A DNA stretch of 64,000 nucleotides from Escherichia coli O127:H6 str. E2348/69 (GTDB taxonomy: Bacteria > Pseudomonadota > Gammaproteobacteria > Enterobacterales > Enterobacteriaceae), in assembly GCF_000026545.1 (NCBI RefSeq), contig NC_011601.1. One strand, 5' to 3'. How positions within the stretch are numbered: position 1 is the first letter of the stretch; each line of letters opens with the position of its first letter. A program made the translations under genes and the position numbers. Below, one piece after another: positions 25,003 through 38,336 of this stretch. The notes under the pieces are model-generated. The model had not been told where the DNA came from. It did not search any database and saw only the letters and a list, made by a program, of their open reading frames with translations.

Positions 25003-25794
25003 ATGCCTGAAGGCCCGGAGATCCGCCGTGCAGCGGATAACCTGGAGGCGGCGATCAAAGGCAAACCACTAACTGATGTCTGGTTTGCCTTCCCGCAGTT
25101 AAAATCTTATCAATCACGACTTATCGGTCAACACGTTACCCATGTGGAAACGCGTGGTAAGGCGTTGTTAACTCATTTTTCCAACGACTTAACGCTCTAC
25201 AGCCATAATCAGCTTTACGGCGTCTGGCGCGTGGTTGATACCGGCGAAGAGCCGCAGACCACGCGAGTACTGCGGGTAAAACTGCAAACGGCTGACAAAA
25301 CCATTCTGCTTTATAGCGCCTCGGATATTGAGATGTTGACCCCGGAACAATTGACCACGCATCCGTTTTTACAACGCGTTGGTCACGATGTGCTGGATCC
25401 GAATCTGACGCCGGAGGTGGTAAAGGAACGATTATTGTCGCCGCGCTTTCGTAACCGTCAGTTTGCTGGATTACTGCTCGATCAGGCGTTTCTGGCAGGA
25501 CTTGGCAATTATTTGCGGGTGGAGATCCTCTGGCAGGTTGGGTTGACCGGAAATCATAAAGCGAAAGATCTCAATGCGGCGCAACTGGATGCACTCGCAC
25601 ACGCGTTACTGGATATTCCGCGACTTTCTTACGCTACGCGGGGCCAGGTGGATGAAAACAAATATCATGGGGCGCTGTTTCGCTTTAAGGTTTTTCATCG
25701 TGATGGCGAACCGTGCGAACGCTGTGGCGGCATCATTGAGAAAACCACGCTGTCATCGCGCCCGTTTTACTGGTGCCCTGGCTGCCAGCACTAG
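25003..25794 (+). CDS. nei: Endonuclease VIII (Fpg/Nei DNA glycosylase)
   Basis: 263-aa ORF with N-terminal MPEGPEI catalytic motif and C-terminal zinc finger (CERCGG…CPGCQ). Confidence 0.95.
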   Translation: MPEGPEIRRAADNLEAAIKGKPLTDVWFAFPQLKSYQSRLIGQHVTHVETRGKALLTHFSNDLTLYSHNQLYGVWRVVDTGEEPQTTRVLRVKLQTADKTILLYSASDIEMLTPEQLTTHPFLQRVGHDVLDPNLTPEVVKERLLSPRFRNRQFAGLLLDQAFLAGLGNYLRVEILWQVGLTGNHKAKDLNAAQLDALAHALLDIPRLSYATRGQVDENKYHGALFRFKVFHRDGEPCERCGGIIEKTTLSSRPFYWCPGCQH

Positions 25795-26837
25795 GCCGAA
25801 CGCTTCGGCGCATAGGTTGAAATAAACCGTGCGATGGCAGGCCCCGTCAGCAAAATACTGAACAGGCGCAGGGTTTGCATCGCCATTATGAGCGCCATAT
25901 CGGCATTGCTCCCTGCGGCGATGACCGCCACGGTATCAAGCCCGCCGGGGCTGGTGGCGAGGTAGGCGGTCATAAAATCAATATGCATAAACCGGGTCAG
26001 CCCCCACGCCATACCCGCACAAATAGCCAGCAGAGCAAAAATCGACAGCAGGATTTGCGGTAGCGGGCGCAATGCCCGCAGTAATATTTGCTTATCGAAA
26101 CCAAGACCAATCCGCCAGCCAATTGCCATATATGCCATCGCCAGCAGCCATTCCGGGAGTTCGATGGTGATGAGCTGACCAGACTGGAGCACTGCGCCCG
26201 CCAGCATCGGGATGAGCATCGTGCCGGAAGGAAGACGTAGCAAGCATCCCGCCGTACCGGCAACGACCGCGAGCAAAATCGTAAGCAGGAGATTAATGCT
26301 CACTGGCGGGAACCAGACGATCTGCTGGTTAACCGCTTCAGCGTTATCGCCCAGCATCATGCGGGTGACCAGAACAGCGGCCCCCGCGACGAACAGCACT
26401 CGCAGATATTGCATAAACGCCACCAGGCGAATATCTGCGCCGTAATCTTGCGCCATAGCGACCATTGCCGCCGCGCCGCCAGGAGAAGAACCCCAGGCAC
26501 CGGTATTTCCAGGCAGTGAGCTATAGCGCACCAATAACCAACCCACGATGGCGCTGGAAAGCAGCGTCACCAGTAAAATCGCAAGCACGATCGGCCAGTT
26601 GACGGCCAGCGTGGTGAGAATCGAACCAGTGAGGTTTTGTGCAATCATGCAGCCAAGAATGGCTTGGGCAGCGAGAAAAGCGGAGCGGGGAAGTTGCAGA
26701 GTGACTCCGCGCATACTGAAGATGATCCCCGCGATCATCGGGCCAAGCAGGAGTGCCGCCGGGAGATGTAAAGCGAGGAAGCCAATAGAAAGGAGAAGTG
26801 ACAGAACACATAACATTCCCCACTGCAATACAGGCAT
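25791..26837 (-). CDS. abrB: AbrB-family putative membrane transporter/regulator
   Basis: 348 aa from [12 protein letters not shown]…; polytopic membrane protein; start trimmed from the 363-aa supplied ORF. Confidence 0.8.
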   Translation of the reverse strand: MPVLQWGMLCVLSLLLSIGFLALHLPAALLLGPMIAGIIFSMRGVTLQLPRSAFLAAQAILGCMIAQNLTGSILTTLAVNWPIVLAILLVTLLSSAIVGWLLVRYSSLPGNTGAWGSSPGGAAAMVAMAQDYGADIRLVAFMQYLRVLFVAGAAVLVTRMMLGDNAEAVNQQIVWFPPVSINLLLTILLAVVAGTAGCLLRLPSGTMLIPMLAGAVLQSGQLITIELPEWLLAMAYMAIGWRIGLGFDKQILLRALRPLPQILLSIFALLAICAGMAWGLTRFMHIDFMTAYLATSPGGLDTVAVIAAGSNADMALIMAMQTLRLFSILLTGPAIARFISTYAPKRSA

Positions 26838-27120
26838 TCTTCGCTTCCTCATTATTTTATCTTTGGTGTATCGATACAGCATAAAGAAAGCTGGGTCTGG
26901 AAAAAATAACGGTAATCAAGGAAAAGGGGAAAATCAGCAATAATCTGAATACGTTGCCCTTTCCGGCTGAAAAGGGCGTCGTGTTAAATCAGTTATAGTT
27001 AATCTTAAAAAGTACCACTGTATCGAAGGGACCCACCGCGATGGGAGTGCCAGGTGTGGACGATAATTCAGCCGTATAGATTTTTTCGTAGATCAGCATA
27101 TCACTGGTGAAATCGGCGTA

Positions 27121-27363
27121 TTAAGCATATTTATTGAATGTATAAGGCGAGGCGTTTTCATCCAGTATACGTAGCTTCAGACCATTACCAATCAACAATG
27201 CTTTATCTTCTTCAACCAACGTTTTTTCGGTATAAAACGAGGAGCTGACCTTAAATCCGTCGGTACACTGGTCATTTTGCGATTTTGTTGTCTTGATACT
27301 GAATGTTTTCGACATTGTGTGGCGGCGAATATCCAGTAAGTTAAATTTACCCAAATCAATCAC
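27121..27363 (-). pseudogene. Short ORF in the abrB-gltA gap, possibly a remnant of the ybgOPQD fimbrial operon
   Basis: 80-aa ORF with no signal peptide or usher/chaperone motif; the whole gap is about 630 bp where K-12 (from memory) carries a roughly 5 kb fimbrial operon. Confidence 0.25.
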
Positions 27364-27448
27364 CAGTGTTTCCGGTGAAATATTTTTTCACCATTATTAA
27401 TGGGTATTTGCATCTGGTTTAATTTTTACAATTTTTTATGTTCAGCCA

Positions 27449-27482
27449 TATAAAAAGAACCCGCTCTATTAAAGGCGGGTCC
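27449..27482 (-). terminator. gltA intrinsic terminator
   Basis: Hairpin acccgc…gcgggt followed by a T-run on the minus strand, just downstream of the gltA stop. Confidence 0.6.
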
Positions 27483-27510
27483 GGAAAGTGAACGGCTTAG
27501 CAATCAACCA

Positions 27511-28794
27511 TTAACGCTTGATATCGCTTTTAAAGTCGCGTTTTTCATATCCTGTATACAGCTGACGCGGACGGGCAATCTTCATACCGTCACTGTGCAT
27601 TTCGCTCCAGTGGGCGATCCAGCCAACCGTACGTGCCATAGCGAAGATCACGGTGAACATAGAAGACGGAATACCCATCGCTTTCAGGATGATACCAGAG
27701 TAGAAATCGACGTTCGGGTACAGTTTTTTCTCGATAAAGTACGGGTCGTTCAGCGCGATGTTTTCCAGCTCCATAGCCACTTCCAGCAGGTCATCTTTGG
27801 TGCCCAGCTCTTTCAGCACTTCATGGCAGGTTTCACGCATTACGGTGGCGCGCGGGTCGTAGTTTTTGTACACGCGATGACCGAAGCCCATCAGGCGGAA
27901 AGAATCATTTTTGTCTTTCGCACGACGAACAAATTCCGGAATGTGTTTAACGGAGCTGATTTCTTCCAGCATTTTCAGCGCCGCTTCGTTAGCACCACCG
28001 TGCGCAGGTCCCCACAGTGAAGCAATACCTGCTGCGATACAGGCAAACGGGTTCGCACCCGAAGAGCCAGCGGTACGCACGGTGGAGGTGGAGGCGTTCT
28101 GTTCATGGTCAGCGTGCAGGATCAGAATACGGTCCATAGCACGTTCCAGAATCGGATTAACTTCATACGGTTCGCACGGCGTGGAGAACATCATATTCAG
28201 GAAGTTACCGGCGTAGGAGAGATCGTTGCGCGGGTAAACAAATGGCTGACCAATGGAATACTTGTAACACATCGCGGCCATGGTCGGCATTTTTGACAGC
28301 AGGCGGAACGCGGCAATTTCACGATGACGAGGATTGTTAACATCCAGCGAGTCGTGATAGAACGCTGCCAGCGCGCCGGTAATACCACACATGACTGCCA
28401 TTGGATGCGAGTCGCGACGGAAAGCATGGAACAGACGGGTAATCTGCTCGTGGATCATAGTATGGCGGGTCACCGTAGTTTTAAATTCGTCATACTGTTC
28501 CTGAGTCGGTTTTTCACCATTCAGCAGGATGTAACAAACTTCCAGGTAGTTAGAATCGGTCGCCAGCTGATCGATCGGGAAACCGCGGTGCAGCAAAATA
28601 CCTTCATCACCATCAATAAAAGTAATTTTAGATTCGCAGGATGCGGTTGAAGTGAAGCCTGGGTCAAAGGTGAACACACCTTTTGAACCGAGAGTACGGA
28701 TATCAATAACATCTTGACCCAGCGTGCCTTTCAGCACATCCAGTTCAACAGCTGTGTCCCCGTTGAGGGTGAGTTTTGCTTTTGTATCAGCCAT
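27511..28794 (-). CDS. gltA: Citrate synthase
   Basis: 427-aa [36 protein letters not shown]…. Confidence 0.97.
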   Translation of the reverse strand: MADTKAKLTLNGDTAVELDVLKGTLGQDVIDIRTLGSKGVFTFDPGFTSTASCESKITFIDGDEGILLHRGFPIDQLATDSNYLEVCYILLNGEKPTQEQYDEFKTTVTRHTMIHEQITRLFHAFRRDSHPMAVMCGITGALAAFYHDSLDVNNPRHREIAAFRLLSKMPTMAAMCYKYSIGQPFVYPRNDLSYAGNFLNMMFSTPCEPYEVNPILERAMDRILILHADHEQNASTSTVRTAGSSGANPFACIAAGIASLWGPAHGGANEAALKMLEEISSVKHIPEFVRRAKDKNDSFRLMGFGHRVYKNYDPRATVMRETCHEVLKELGTKDDLLEVAMELENIALNDPYFIEKKLYPNVDFYSGIILKAMGIPSSMFTVIFAMARTVGWIAHWSEMHSDGMKIARPRQLYTGYEKRDFKSDIKR

Positions 28795-29502
28795 TTAAGG
28801 TCTCCTTAGCGCCTTATTGCGTAAGACTGCCGGAACTTAAATTTGCCTTCGCACATCAACCTGGCTTTACCCGTTTGTTATTTGGCTCGCCGCTCTGTGA
28901 AAGAGGGGAAAACCTGGGTACAGAGCTCTGGGCGCTTGCAGGTAAAGGATTTATTGATGACGAATAAATGGCGAATCAAGTACTTAGCAATCCGAATTAT
29001 TAAACTTGTCTACCACTAATAACTGTCCCGAATGAATTGGTCAATACTTCCACACTGTTACATAAGTTAATCTTAGGTGAAATACCGACTTCATAACTTT
29101 TACGCATTATATGCTTTTCCTGGTAATGTTTGTAACAACTTTGTTGAATGATTGTCAAATTAGATGATTAAAAATTAAATAAATGTTGTTATCGTGACGC
29201 AGATCACTGTTCGGGATAAAAACCGACAAACTATATGTAGGTTAATTGTAATGATTTTGTGAACAGCCTATACTGCCGCCAGGTCTCCGGAACACCCTGC
29301 AATCCCGAGCCACCCAGCGTTGTAACGTGTCGTTTTCGCATCTGGAAGCAGTGTTTTGCATGACGCGCAGTTATAGAAAGGACGCTGTCTGACCCGCAAG
29401 CAGACCGGAGGAAGGAAATCCCGACGTCTCCTGGTAACAGAAAGTTAACCTCTGTGCCCGTAGTCCCCAGGGAATAATAAGAACAGCATGTGGGCGTTAT
29501 TC

Positions 29503-29892
29503 ATGATAAGAAATGTGAAAAAACAAAGACCTGTTAATCTGGACCTACAGACCATCCGGTTCCCCGTCACGGCGATAGCGTCCATTCTCCATCGCGTTTC
29601 CGGTGTGATCACCTTTGTTGCAGTGGGCATCCTGCTGTGGCTTCTGGGTACCAGCCTCTCTTCCCCTGAAGGTTTCGAGCAAGCTTCCGCGATTATGGGC
29701 AGCTTCTTCGTCAAATTTATCATGTGGGGCATCCTTACCGCTCTGGCATATCACGTCGTCGTAGGTATTCGCCACATGATGATGGATTTTGGCTATCTGG
29801 AAGAAACATTCGAAGCGGGTAAACGCTCCGCCAAAATCTCCTTTGTTATTACTGTCGTGTTTTCACTTCTCGCAGGAGTCCTCGTATGGTAA
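29503..29892 (+). CDS. sdhC: Succinate dehydrogenase cytochrome b556 subunit
   Basis: 129 aa from [15 protein letters not shown]…; the supplied ORF begins 5 codons upstream. Confidence 0.93.
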
Positions 29893-30233
29893 GCAACGCC
29901 TCCGCATTAGGACGCAATGGCGTACATGATTTCATCCTCGTTCGTGCTACCGCTATCGTCCTGACGCTCTACATCATTTATATGGTCGGTTTTTTCGCTA
30001 CCAGTGGCGAACTGACATATGAAGTCTGGATTGGTTTCTTCGCCTCTGCGTTCACCAAAGTGTTCACCCTGCTGGCGCTGTTTTCTATCTTGATCCATGC
30101 CTGGATCGGCATGTGGCAGGTGTTGACCGACTACGTTAAACCGCTGGCCTTGCGCCTGATGCTGCAACTGGTGATTGTCGTTGCACTGGTGGTTTACGTG
30201 ATTTATGGATTCGTTGTGGTGTGGGGTGTGTGA
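29886..30233 (+). CDS. sdhD: Succinate dehydrogenase membrane anchor subunit
   Basis: 115-aa ORF overlapping the sdhC stop and the sdhA start. Confidence 0.95.
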
Positions 30234-31999
30234 TGAAATTGCCAGTCAGAGAATTTGATGCAGTTGTGATTGGTGCTGGCGGCGCAGGTATGCGCGCGGC
30301 GCTGCAAATTTCCCAGAGTGGCCAGACCTGTGCGCTGCTCTCTAAAGTCTTCCCGACCCGTTCCCATACCGTTTCTGCGCAAGGTGGTATTACCGTTGCG
30401 CTGGGTAATACCCATGAAGATAACTGGGAATGGCATATGTACGACACCGTAAAAGGGTCGGACTATATCGGTGACCAGGACGCGATTGAATATATGTGTA
30501 AAACCGGGCCGGAAGCGATTCTGGAACTGGAACATATGGGCCTGCCGTTCTCGCGTCTTGATGATGGTCGTATCTATCAACGTCCGTTTGGCGGCCAGTC
30601 GAAAAACTTCGGCGGCGAGCAGGCGGCACGTACTGCTGCGGCTGCCGACCGTACCGGTCACGCACTGCTGCACACGCTTTATCAGCAGAACCTGAAAAAC
30701 CACACCACTATTTTCTCCGAGTGGTATGCGTTGGATCTGGTGAAAAACCAGGATGGCGCAGTGGTCGGTTGTACCGCACTGTGCATCGAAACTGGTGAAG
30801 TGGTTTACTTTAAAGCTCGCGCGACAGTGCTGGCGACTGGCGGGGCAGGGCGTATTTATCAGTCCACCACCAACGCCCACATTAACACTGGCGACGGTGT
30901 CGGCATGGCTATCCGTGCAGGCGTACCGGTACAGGATATGGAAATGTGGCAGTTCCACCCGACCGGTATTGCCGGTGCGGGCGTACTGGTCACCGAAGGT
31001 TGCCGTGGTGAAGGCGGTTATCTGCTGAACAAACATGGCGAACGCTTTATGGAGCGTTATGCGCCGAACGCCAAAGACCTGGCGGGCCGTGACGTGGTGG
31101 CGCGTTCCATCATGATCGAAATCCGTGAAGGCCGCGGCTGTGATGGTCCGTGGGGGCCACACGCAAAACTGAAACTTGACCATCTGGGGAAAGAAGTTCT
31201 CGAATCCCGTCTGCCGGGTATTCTGGAACTCTCCCGCACCTTCGCTCACGTTGATCCGGTGAAAGAGCCGATTCCGGTAATTCCAACCTGTCACTACATG
31301 ATGGGCGGTATTCCGACCAAAGTGACCGGTCAGGCGCTGACTGTGAATGAGAAAGGCGAAGATGTGGTTGTTCCGGGGCTGTTTGCCGTTGGTGAAATCG
31401 CTTGTGTATCGGTACACGGCGCTAACCGTCTGGGCGGCAACTCGCTGCTGGACCTGGTCGTATTTGGTCGAGCGGCAGGTCTGCATCTGCAAGAATCCAT
31501 CGCCGAGCAGGGCGCACTGCGCGATGCCAGCGAGTCTGATGTAGAAGCGTCTCTGGATCGCCTGAACCGCTGGAACAGTAACCGTAACGGTGAAGATCCG
31601 GTGGCGATCCGTAAAGCACTGCAAGAATGTATGCAGCATAACTTCTCGGTCTTCCGTGAAGGTGATGCGATGGCGAAAGGGCTTGAGCAGTTGAAAGTTA
31701 TCCGCGAGCGTTTGAAAAATGCCCGTCTGGATGACACTTCCAGTGAGTTCAATACCCAGCGCGTTGAGTGCCTGGAACTGGATAACCTGATGGAAACGGC
31801 GTATGCAACGGCTGTTTCTGCCAACTTCCGTACCGAAAGCCGTGGCGCGCATAGCCGCTTCGACTTCCCGGATCGCGATGATGAAAACTGGCTGTGCCAC
31901 TCCCTGTATCTGCCAGAGTCGGAATCCATGACGCGCCGAAGCGTCAACATGGAACCGAAACTGCGCCCGGCATTCCCGCCGAAGATTCGTACTTACTAA
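30233..31999 (+). CDS. sdhA: Succinate dehydrogenase flavoprotein subunit
   Basis: 588 aa from [23 protein letters not shown]… (FAD dinucleotide-binding fold, covalent-FAD histidine region). Confidence 0.97.
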   Translation: MKLPVREFDAVVIGAGGAGMRAALQISQSGQTCALLSKVFPTRSHTVSAQGGITVALGNTHEDNWEWHMYDTVKGSDYIGDQDAIEYMCKTGPEAILELEHMGLPFSRLDDGRIYQRPFGGQSKNFGGEQAARTAAAADRTGHALLHTLYQQNLKNHTTIFSEWYALDLVKNQDGAVVGCTALCIETGEVVYFKARATVLATGGAGRIYQSTTNAHINTGDGVGMAIRAGVPVQDMEMWQFHPTGIAGAGVLVTEGCRGEGGYLLNKHGERFMERYAPNAKDLAGRDVVARSIMIEIREGRGCDGPWGPHAKLKLDHLGKEVLESRLPGILELSRTFAHVDPVKEPIPVIPTCHYMMGGIPTKVTGQALTVNEKGEDVVVPGLFAVGEIACVSVHGANRLGGNSLLDLVVFGRAAGLHLQESIAEQGALRDASESDVEASLDRLNRWNSNRNGEDPVAIRKALQECMQHNFSVFREGDAMAKGLEQLKVIRERLKNARLDDTSSEFNTQRVECLELDNLMETAYATAVSANFRTESRGAHSRFDFPDRDDENWLCHSLYLPESESMTRRSVNMEPKLRPAFPPKIRTY

Positions 32000-32014
32000 T
32001 GCGGAGACAGGAAA

Positions 32015-32731
32015 ATGAGACTCGAGTTTTCAATTTATCGCTATAACCCGGATGTTGATGATGCTCCGCGTATGCAGGATTACACCCTGGAAGCGGAAGA
32101 AGGTCGCGACATGATGCTGCTGGATGCGCTTATTCAGCTGAAAGAGAAAGATCCCAGCCTGTCGTTCCGCCGCTCCTGCCGTGAAGGTGTGTGCGGTTCC
32201 GATGGTCTGAACATGAACGGTAAGAATGGTCTGGCCTGTATTACCCCGATTTCGGCACTCAACCAGCCGGGCAAGAAGATTGTGATTCGCCCGCTGCCAG
32301 GTTTACCGGTGATCCGCGATTTGGTGGTAGACATGGGACAATTCTATGCGCAATATGAGAAAATTAAGCCTTACCTGTTGAATAATGGACAAAATCCGCC
32401 AGCTCGCGAGCATTTACAGATGCCAGAGCAGCGCGAAAAACTCGACGGGTTGTATGAATGTATTCTCTGCGCATGTTGTTCAACCTCTTGTCCGTCTTTC
32501 TGGTGGAATCCCGATAAGTTTATCGGCCCGGCAGGCTTGCTAGCGGCATATCGTTTCCTGATCGATAGCCGTGATACCGAGACTGACAGCCGCCTCGACG
32601 GTTTGAGCGATGCATTCAGTGTATTCCGCTGTCACAGCATCATGAACTGCGTCAGTGTATGTCCGAAGGGGCTGAACCCGACGCGCGCCATCGGCCATAT
32701 CAAGTCGATGTTGTTGCAACGTAATGCGTAA
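32015..32731 (+). CDS. sdhB: Succinate dehydrogenase iron-sulfur subunit
   Basis: 238-aa ORF with three Cys clusters (CREGVCGSDG, CILCACCSTSCP, CHSIMNCVSVCP). Confidence 0.97.
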   Translation: MRLEFSIYRYNPDVDDAPRMQDYTLEAEEGRDMMLLDALIQLKEKDPSLSFRRSCREGVCGSDGLNMNGKNGLACITPISALNQPGKKIVIRPLPGLPVIRDLVVDMGQFYAQYEKIKPYLLNNGQNPPAREHLQMPEQREKLDGLYECILCACCSTSCPSFWWNPDKFIGPAGLLAAYRFLIDSRDTETDSRLDGLSDAFSVFRCHSIMNCVSVCPKGLNPTRAIGHIKSMLLQRNA

Positions 32732-32734
32732 ACC

Positions 32735-32855
<121 letters not shown>

Positions 32856-33042
32856 ACAAAGAAATGCAGGAAATCTTTAAAAACTGCCCCTGACACTAAG
32901 ACAGTTTTTAAAGGTTCCTTAGCGGACGCAGAAAACACGACAAGTCCGCAACAAGTGAACCCCGGCACGCACATCAGATATGAAATGTGCGTGGTAGTAT
33001 CCACGGCGAAGTAAGCATAAAAAAGATGCTTAAGGGATCACG

Positions 33043-35844
33043 ATGCAGAACAGCGCTTTGAAAGTCTGGTTGGACTCTTCTTACCTCTCTGGCGCAAACC
33101 AGAGCTGGATAGAACAGCTCTATGAAGACTTCTTAACCGATCCTGACTCGGTTGACGCTAACTGGCGTTCGACGTTCCAGCAGTTACCTGGTACGGGAGT
33201 CAAACCGGATCAATTCCACTCTCAAACGCGTGAATATTTCCGCCGCCTGGCGAAAGACGCTTCACGTTACTCTTCAACGATCTCCGACCCTGACACCAAT
33301 GTGAAGCAGGTTAAAGTCCTGCAGCTCATTAACGCATACCGCTTCCGTGGTCACCAGCATGCGAATCTCGATCCGCTGGGACTGTGGCAGCAAGATAAAG
33401 TGGCCGATCTGGATCCGTCTTTCCACGATCTGACCGAAGCAGACTTCCAGGAGACCTTCAACGTCGGTTCATTTGCCAGCGGCAAAGAGACCATGAAACT
33501 CGGCGAACTGCTGGAAGCCCTCAAGCAAACCTACTGCGGCCCGATTGGTGCCGAGTATATGCACATCACCAGCACCGAAGAAAAACGCTGGATCCAACAG
33601 CGTATCGAGTCTGGTCGCGCGACTTTCAATAGCGAAGAGAAAAAACGCTTCTTAAGCGAACTGACCGCCGCTGAAGGCCTTGAACGTTACCTCGGCGCAA
33701 AATTCCCTGGCGCAAAACGCTTCTCGCTGGAAGGCGGTGACGCGTTAATCCCGATGCTTAAAGAGATGATCCGCCACGCTGGCAACAGCGGCACCCGCGA
33801 AGTGGTTCTCGGGATGGCGCACCGTGGTCGTCTGAACGTGCTGGTGAACGTGCTGGGTAAAAAACCGCAAGACTTGTTCGACGAGTTTGCCGGTAAACAT
33901 AAAGAACACCTCGGCACGGGCGACGTGAAATACCACATGGGCTTCTCGTCTGACTTCCAGACCGATGGCGGCCTGGTGCACCTGGCGCTGGCGTTTAACC
34001 CGTCTCACCTTGAGATTGTAAGCCCGGTCGTTATCGGTTCTGTTCGTGCCCGTCTGGACAGACTCGATGAGCCGAGCAGCAACAAAGTGCTGCCAATCAC
34101 CATTCATGGTGACGCCGCAGTGACCGGGCAGGGCGTGGTTCAGGAAACCCTGAACATGTCGAAAGCGCGTGGTTATGAAGTTGGCGGTACGGTACGTATC
34201 GTTATCAACAACCAGGTTGGCTTCACCACCTCTAACCCGCTGGATGCCCGTTCGACGCCGTACTGTACTGATATCGGTAAGATGGTTCAGGCACCGATTT
34301 TCCACGTTAATGCGGATGATCCGGAAGCCGTTGCCTTTGTTACCCGTCTGGCGCTCGATTTCCGTAACACCTTTAAACGTGATGTCTTCATCGACCTGGT
34401 ATGCTACCGCCGTCACGGCCACAACGAAGCCGACGAGCCGAGCGCAACCCAGCCGCTGATGTATCAGAAAATCAAAAAACATCCGACGCCGCGCAAAATC
34501 TACGCTGACAAGCTGGAGCAGGAAAAAGTTGCGACGCTGGAAGATGCCACCGAGATGGTTAACGTGTACCGCGATGCGCTGGATGCTGGCGATTGCGTTG
34601 TAGCAGAGTGGCGTCCGATGAACATGCACTCTTTCACCTGGTCGCCGTACCTCAACCACGAATGGGACGAAGAGTACCCGAACAAAGTTGAGATGAAGCG
34701 CCTGCAGGAACTGGCTAAACGCATCAGCACGGTGCCGGAAGCGGTTGAAATGCAGTCTCGCGTTGCCAAAATTTATGGCGATCGCCAGGCGATGGCAGCC
34801 GGTGAGAAACTGTTCGACTGGGGCGGCGCGGAAAACCTCGCTTACGCCACGTTGGTTGACGAAGGCATTCCGGTTCGCCTGTCGGGTGAAGACTCCGGTC
34901 GCGGTACCTTCTTCCACCGCCACGCGGTGATCCACAACCAGTCTAACGGTTCCACTTACACGCCGCTGCAACATATCCATAACGGCCAGGGCGCGTTCCG
35001 CGTCTGGGACTCTGTACTGTCTGAAGAAGCCGTACTGGCGTTTGAATACGGTTATGCCACCGCAGAACCACGCACCCTGACCATCTGGGAAGCACAGTTC
35101 GGTGACTTCGCCAATGGTGCACAGGTGGTTATCGACCAGTTCATCTCCTCTGGCGAACAGAAATGGGGCCGGATGTGTGGCTTGGTGATGTTGCTGCCGC
35201 ACGGTTACGAAGGGCAGGGGCCGGAGCACTCCTCCGCGCGTCTGGAACGTTATCTGCAACTTTGTGCTGAGCAAAACATGCAGGTTTGCGTACCTTCTAC
35301 CCCGGCACAGGTTTACCACATGCTGCGTCGTCAGGCGTTGCGCGGGATGCGTCGTCCACTGGTCGTGATGTCGCCGAAATCCCTGCTGCGTCATCCGCTG
35401 GCGGTATCCAGCCTCGAAGAACTGGCGAACGGCACCTTCCTGCCAGCCATCGGTGAAATCGACGAGCTTGATCCGAAGGGCGTGAAGCGCGTAGTGATGT
35501 GTTCTGGTAAGGTTTATTACGACCTGCTGGAACAACGTCGTAAGAACAATCAACACGATGTCGCCATTGTGCGTATCGAGCAACTCTACCCGTTCCCGCA
35601 TAAAGCGATGCAGGAAGTGTTGCAGCAGTTTGCTCACGTCAAGGATTTTGTCTGGTGCCAGGAAGAGCCGCTCAACCAGGGCGCATGGTACTGCAGCCAG
35701 CATCATTTCCGTGAAGTGATTCCGTTTGGGGCTTCTCTGCGTTATGCAGGCCGCCCAGCCTCCGCCTCTCCGGCGGTAGGGTATATGTCCGTTCACCAGA
35801 AACAGCAACAAGATCTGGTTAATGACGCGCTGAACGTCGAATAA
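33043..35844 (+). CDS. sucA: 2-oxoglutarate dehydrogenase E1 component
   Basis: 933-aa [34 protein letters not shown]…. Confidence 0.97.
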   Translation: MQNSALKVWLDSSYLSGANQSWIEQLYEDFLTDPDSVDANWRSTFQQLPGTGVKPDQFHSQTREYFRRLAKDASRYSSTISDPDTNVKQVKVLQLINAYRFRGHQHANLDPLGLWQQDKVADLDPSFHDLTEADFQETFNVGSFASGKETMKLGELLEALKQTYCGPIGAEYMHITSTEEKRWIQQRIESGRATFNSEEKKRFLSELTAAEGLERYLGAKFPGAKRFSLEGGDALIPMLKEMIRHAGNSGTREVVLGMAHRGRLNVLVNVLGKKPQDLFDEFAGKHKEHLGTGDVKYHMGFSSDFQTDGGLVHLALAFNPSHLEIVSPVVIGSVRARLDRLDEPSSNKVLPITIHGDAAVTGQGVVQETLNMSKARGYEVGGTVRIVINNQVGFTTSNPLDARSTPYCTDIGKMVQAPIFHVNADDPEAVAFVTRLALDFRNTFKRDVFIDLVCYRRHGHNEADEPSATQPLMYQKIKKHPTPRKIYADKLEQEKVATLEDATEMVNVYRDALDAGDCVVAEWRPMNMHSFTWSPYLNHEWDEEYPNKVEMKRLQELAKRISTVPEAVEMQSRVAKIYGDRQAMAAGEKLFDWGGAENLAYATLVDEGIPVRLSGEDSGRGTFFHRHAVIHNQSNGSTYTPLQHIHNGQGAFRVWDSVLSEEAVLAFEYGYATAEPRTLTIWEAQFGDFANGAQVVIDQFISSGEQKWGRMCGLVMLLPHGYEGQGPEHSSARLERYLQLCAEQNMQVCVPSTPAQVYHMLRRQALRGMRRPLVVMSPKSLLRHPLAVSSLEELANGTFLPAIGEIDELDPKGVKRVVMCSGKVYYDLLEQRRKNNQHDVAIVRIEQLYPFPHKAMQEVLQQFAHVKDFVWCQEEPLNQGAWYCSQHHFREVIPFGASLRYAGRPASASPAVGYMSVHQKQQQDLVNDALNVE

Positions 35845-35858
35845 ATAAAGGATACACA

Positions 35859-37076
35859 ATGAGTAGCGTAGATATTCTGGTCCCTGACCTGCCTGAATCC
35901 GTAGCCGATGCCACCGTCGCAACCTGGCATAAAAAACCCGGCGACGCAGTCGTACGTGATGAAGTGCTGGTAGAAATCGAAACTGACAAAGTGGTACTGG
36001 AAGTACCGGCATCAGCAGACGGCATTCTGGATGCGGTTCTGGAAGATGAAGGTACAACGGTAACGTCTCGTCAGATCCTTGGTCGCCTGCGTGAAGGCAA
36101 CAGCGCGGGTAAAGAAACCAGCGCGAAATCTGAAGAGAAAGCGTCCACTCCGGCGCAACGCCAGCAGGCGTCTCTGGAAGAGCAAAACAACGATGCGTTA
36201 AGCCCGGCGATCCGTCGCCTGCTGGCTGAACATAACCTCGACGCCAGCGCTATTAAAGGCACGGGTGTGGGTGGTCGTCTGACCCGTGAAGATGTGGAAA
36301 AACATCTGGCGAAAGCCCCGGCGAAAGAGTCTGCTCCGGCAGCGGCTGCTCCGGCGGCGCAACCGGCCCTGGCTGCACGTAGCGAAAAACGTGTGCCGAT
36401 GACTCGCCTGCGTAAGCGTGTGGCAGAGCGTCTGCTGGAAGCGAAAAACTCCACCGCCATGCTGACCACGTTCAACGAAGTCAACATGAAGCCGATTATG
36501 GATCTGCGTAAGCAGTACGGTGAAGCGTTTGAAAAACGCCACGGCATCCGTCTGGGCTTTATGTCCTTCTACGTGAAAGCGGTGGTTGAAGCCCTGAAAC
36601 GTTACCCGGAAGTGAATGCGTCTATCGACGGTGATGATGTGGTCTACCACAACTATTTCGACGTCAGTATGGCGGTTTCTACGCCGCGCGGCCTGGTGAC
36701 GCCGGTTCTGCGTGATGTCGATACCCTCGGCATGGCAGACATCGAGAAGAAAATCAAAGAGCTGGCTGTTAAAGGCCGTGACGGCAAGCTGACGGTTGAA
36801 GATCTGACCGGTGGTAACTTCACCATCACCAACGGTGGTGTGTTCGGTTCCCTGATGTCAACGCCTATCATCAACCCACCGCAGAGCGCAATTCTGGGTA
36901 TGCACGCTATCAAAGATCGTCCGATGGCAGTGAATGGTCAGGTTGAGATCCTGCCGATGATGTACCTGGCGCTGTCCTACGATCACCGTTTGATCGATGG
37001 TCGCGAATCCGTGGGCTTCCTGGTAACGATCAAAGAGTTGCTGGAAGATCCGACGCGTCTGCTGCTGGACGTTTAG
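35859..37076 (+). CDS. sucB: Dihydrolipoyllysine-residue succinyltransferase (E2)
   Basis: 405-aa ORF with lipoyl-attachment motif ([11 protein letters not shown]) and catalytic DHRLIDG motif. Confidence 0.97.
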
Positions 37077-37097
37077 TAGTTTAAGCTTCACCTGCAC

Positions 37098-37127
37098 TGT
37101 AGACCGACGTGGATAGGGTGTCGGTCT
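37098..37127 (+). other. Stem-loop in the sucB-sucC intergenic region (possible partial terminator or processing site)
   Basis: Perfect 10-bp inverted repeat gtagaccgac…gtcggtctac with a 10-nt loop. Confidence 0.45.
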
Positions 37128-37169
37128 ACGGTTTAAAAGATAACGATTACTGAAGGATGGACAGAACAC

Positions 37170-38336
37170 ATGAACTTACATGAATATCAGGCAAAACAAC
37201 TTTTTGCCCGCTATGGCTTACCAGCACCGGTGGGTTATGCCTGTACTACTCCGCGCGAAGCAGAAGAAGCCGCTTCAAAAATCGGTGCCGGTCCGTGGGT
37301 AGTGAAATGTCAGGTTCACGCTGGTGGCCGCGGTAAAGCGGGCGGTGTGAAAGTTGTAAACAGCAAAGAAGACATCCGTGCTTTTGCAGAAAACTGGCTG
37401 GGCAAGCGTCTGGTAACGTATCAAACAGATGCCAATGGCCAACCGGTTAACCAGATTCTGGTTGAAGCAGCGACCGATATCGCTAAAGAGCTGTATCTCG
37501 GTGCCGTTGTTGACCGTAGTTCCCGTCGCGTGGTCTTTATGGCCTCCACCGAAGGCGGCGTGGAAATCGAAAAAGTGGCGGAAGAAACTCCGCACCTGAT
37601 CCACAAAGTTGCGCTTGATCCGCTGACTGGCCCGATGCCGTATCAGGGACGCGAACTGGCGTTTAAACTGGGTCTGGAAGGTAAACTGGTTCAGCAGTTC
37701 ACCAAAATCTTCATGGGCCTGGCGACCATTTTCCTGGAGCGCGACCTTGCGCTTATCGAAATCAACCCGCTGGTTATTACCAAACAGGGCGATCTGGTTT
37801 GCCTCGACGGCAAACTGGGTGCTGATGGCAACGCACTGTTCCGCCAGCCTGATCTGCGTGAAATGCGTGACCAGTCGCAGGAAGATCCGCGTGAAGCACA
37901 AGCTGCACAGTGGGAACTGAACTACGTTGCGCTGGACGGTAACATCGGTTGTATGGTTAACGGCGCAGGTCTGGCGATGGGTACGATGGACATCGTTAAA
38001 CTGCACGGCGGCGAACCGGCTAACTTCCTGGACGTTGGCGGCGGCGCAACCAAAGAACGTGTAACCGAAGCGTTCAAAATCATCCTCTCTGACGACAAAG
38101 TGAAAGCCGTTCTGGTTAACATCTTCGGCGGTATCGTTCGTTGCGACCTGATCGCTGACGGTATCATCGGCGCGGTAGCAGAAGTGGGTGTTAACGTACC
38201 GGTCGTGGTACGTCTGGAAGGTAACAACGCCGAACTTGGCGCGAAGAAACTGGCTGACAGCGGCCTGAATATTATTGCAGCAAAAGGTCTGACGGATGCA
38301 GCTCAGCAGGTTGTTGCCGCAGTGGAGGGGAAATAA
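37170..38336 (+). CDS. sucC: Succinyl-CoA synthetase beta subunit
   Basis: 388-aa [21 protein letters not shown]…. Confidence 0.97.
   Translation: MNLHEYQAKQLFARYGLPAPVGYACTTPREAEEAASKIGAGPWVVKCQVHAGGRGKAGGVKVVNSKEDIRAFAENWLGKRLVTYQTDANGQPVNQILVEAATDIAKELYLGAVVDRSSRRVVFMASTEGGVEIEKVAEETPHLIHKVALDPLTGPMPYQGRELAFKLGLEGKLVQQFTKIFMGLATIFLERDLALIEINPLVITKQGDLVCLDGKLGADGNALFRQPDLREMRDQSQEDPREAQAAQWELNYVALDGNIGCMVNGAGLAMGTMDIVKLHGGEPANFLDVGGGATKERVTEAFKIILSDDKVKAVLVNIFGGIVRCDLIADGIIGAVAEVGVNVPVVVRLEGNNAELGAKKLADSGLNIIAAKGLTDAAQQVVAAVEGK

Noticed and set aside
33745-36057. A 770-aa stop-free ORF on the minus strand, antisense to sucA and the sucB start; similar long antisense ORFs lie opposite sdhA (30203-31900), cydA (45799-46737), cydB (46864-48144), sucC, sucD, kdpB/kdpA, pal and tolA
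   Set aside because: Each lies fully inside a well-supported highly expressed gene on the other strand. Such stop-poor antisense frames are a known by-product of codon bias, and none has a ribosome-binding site context or recognisable domain.
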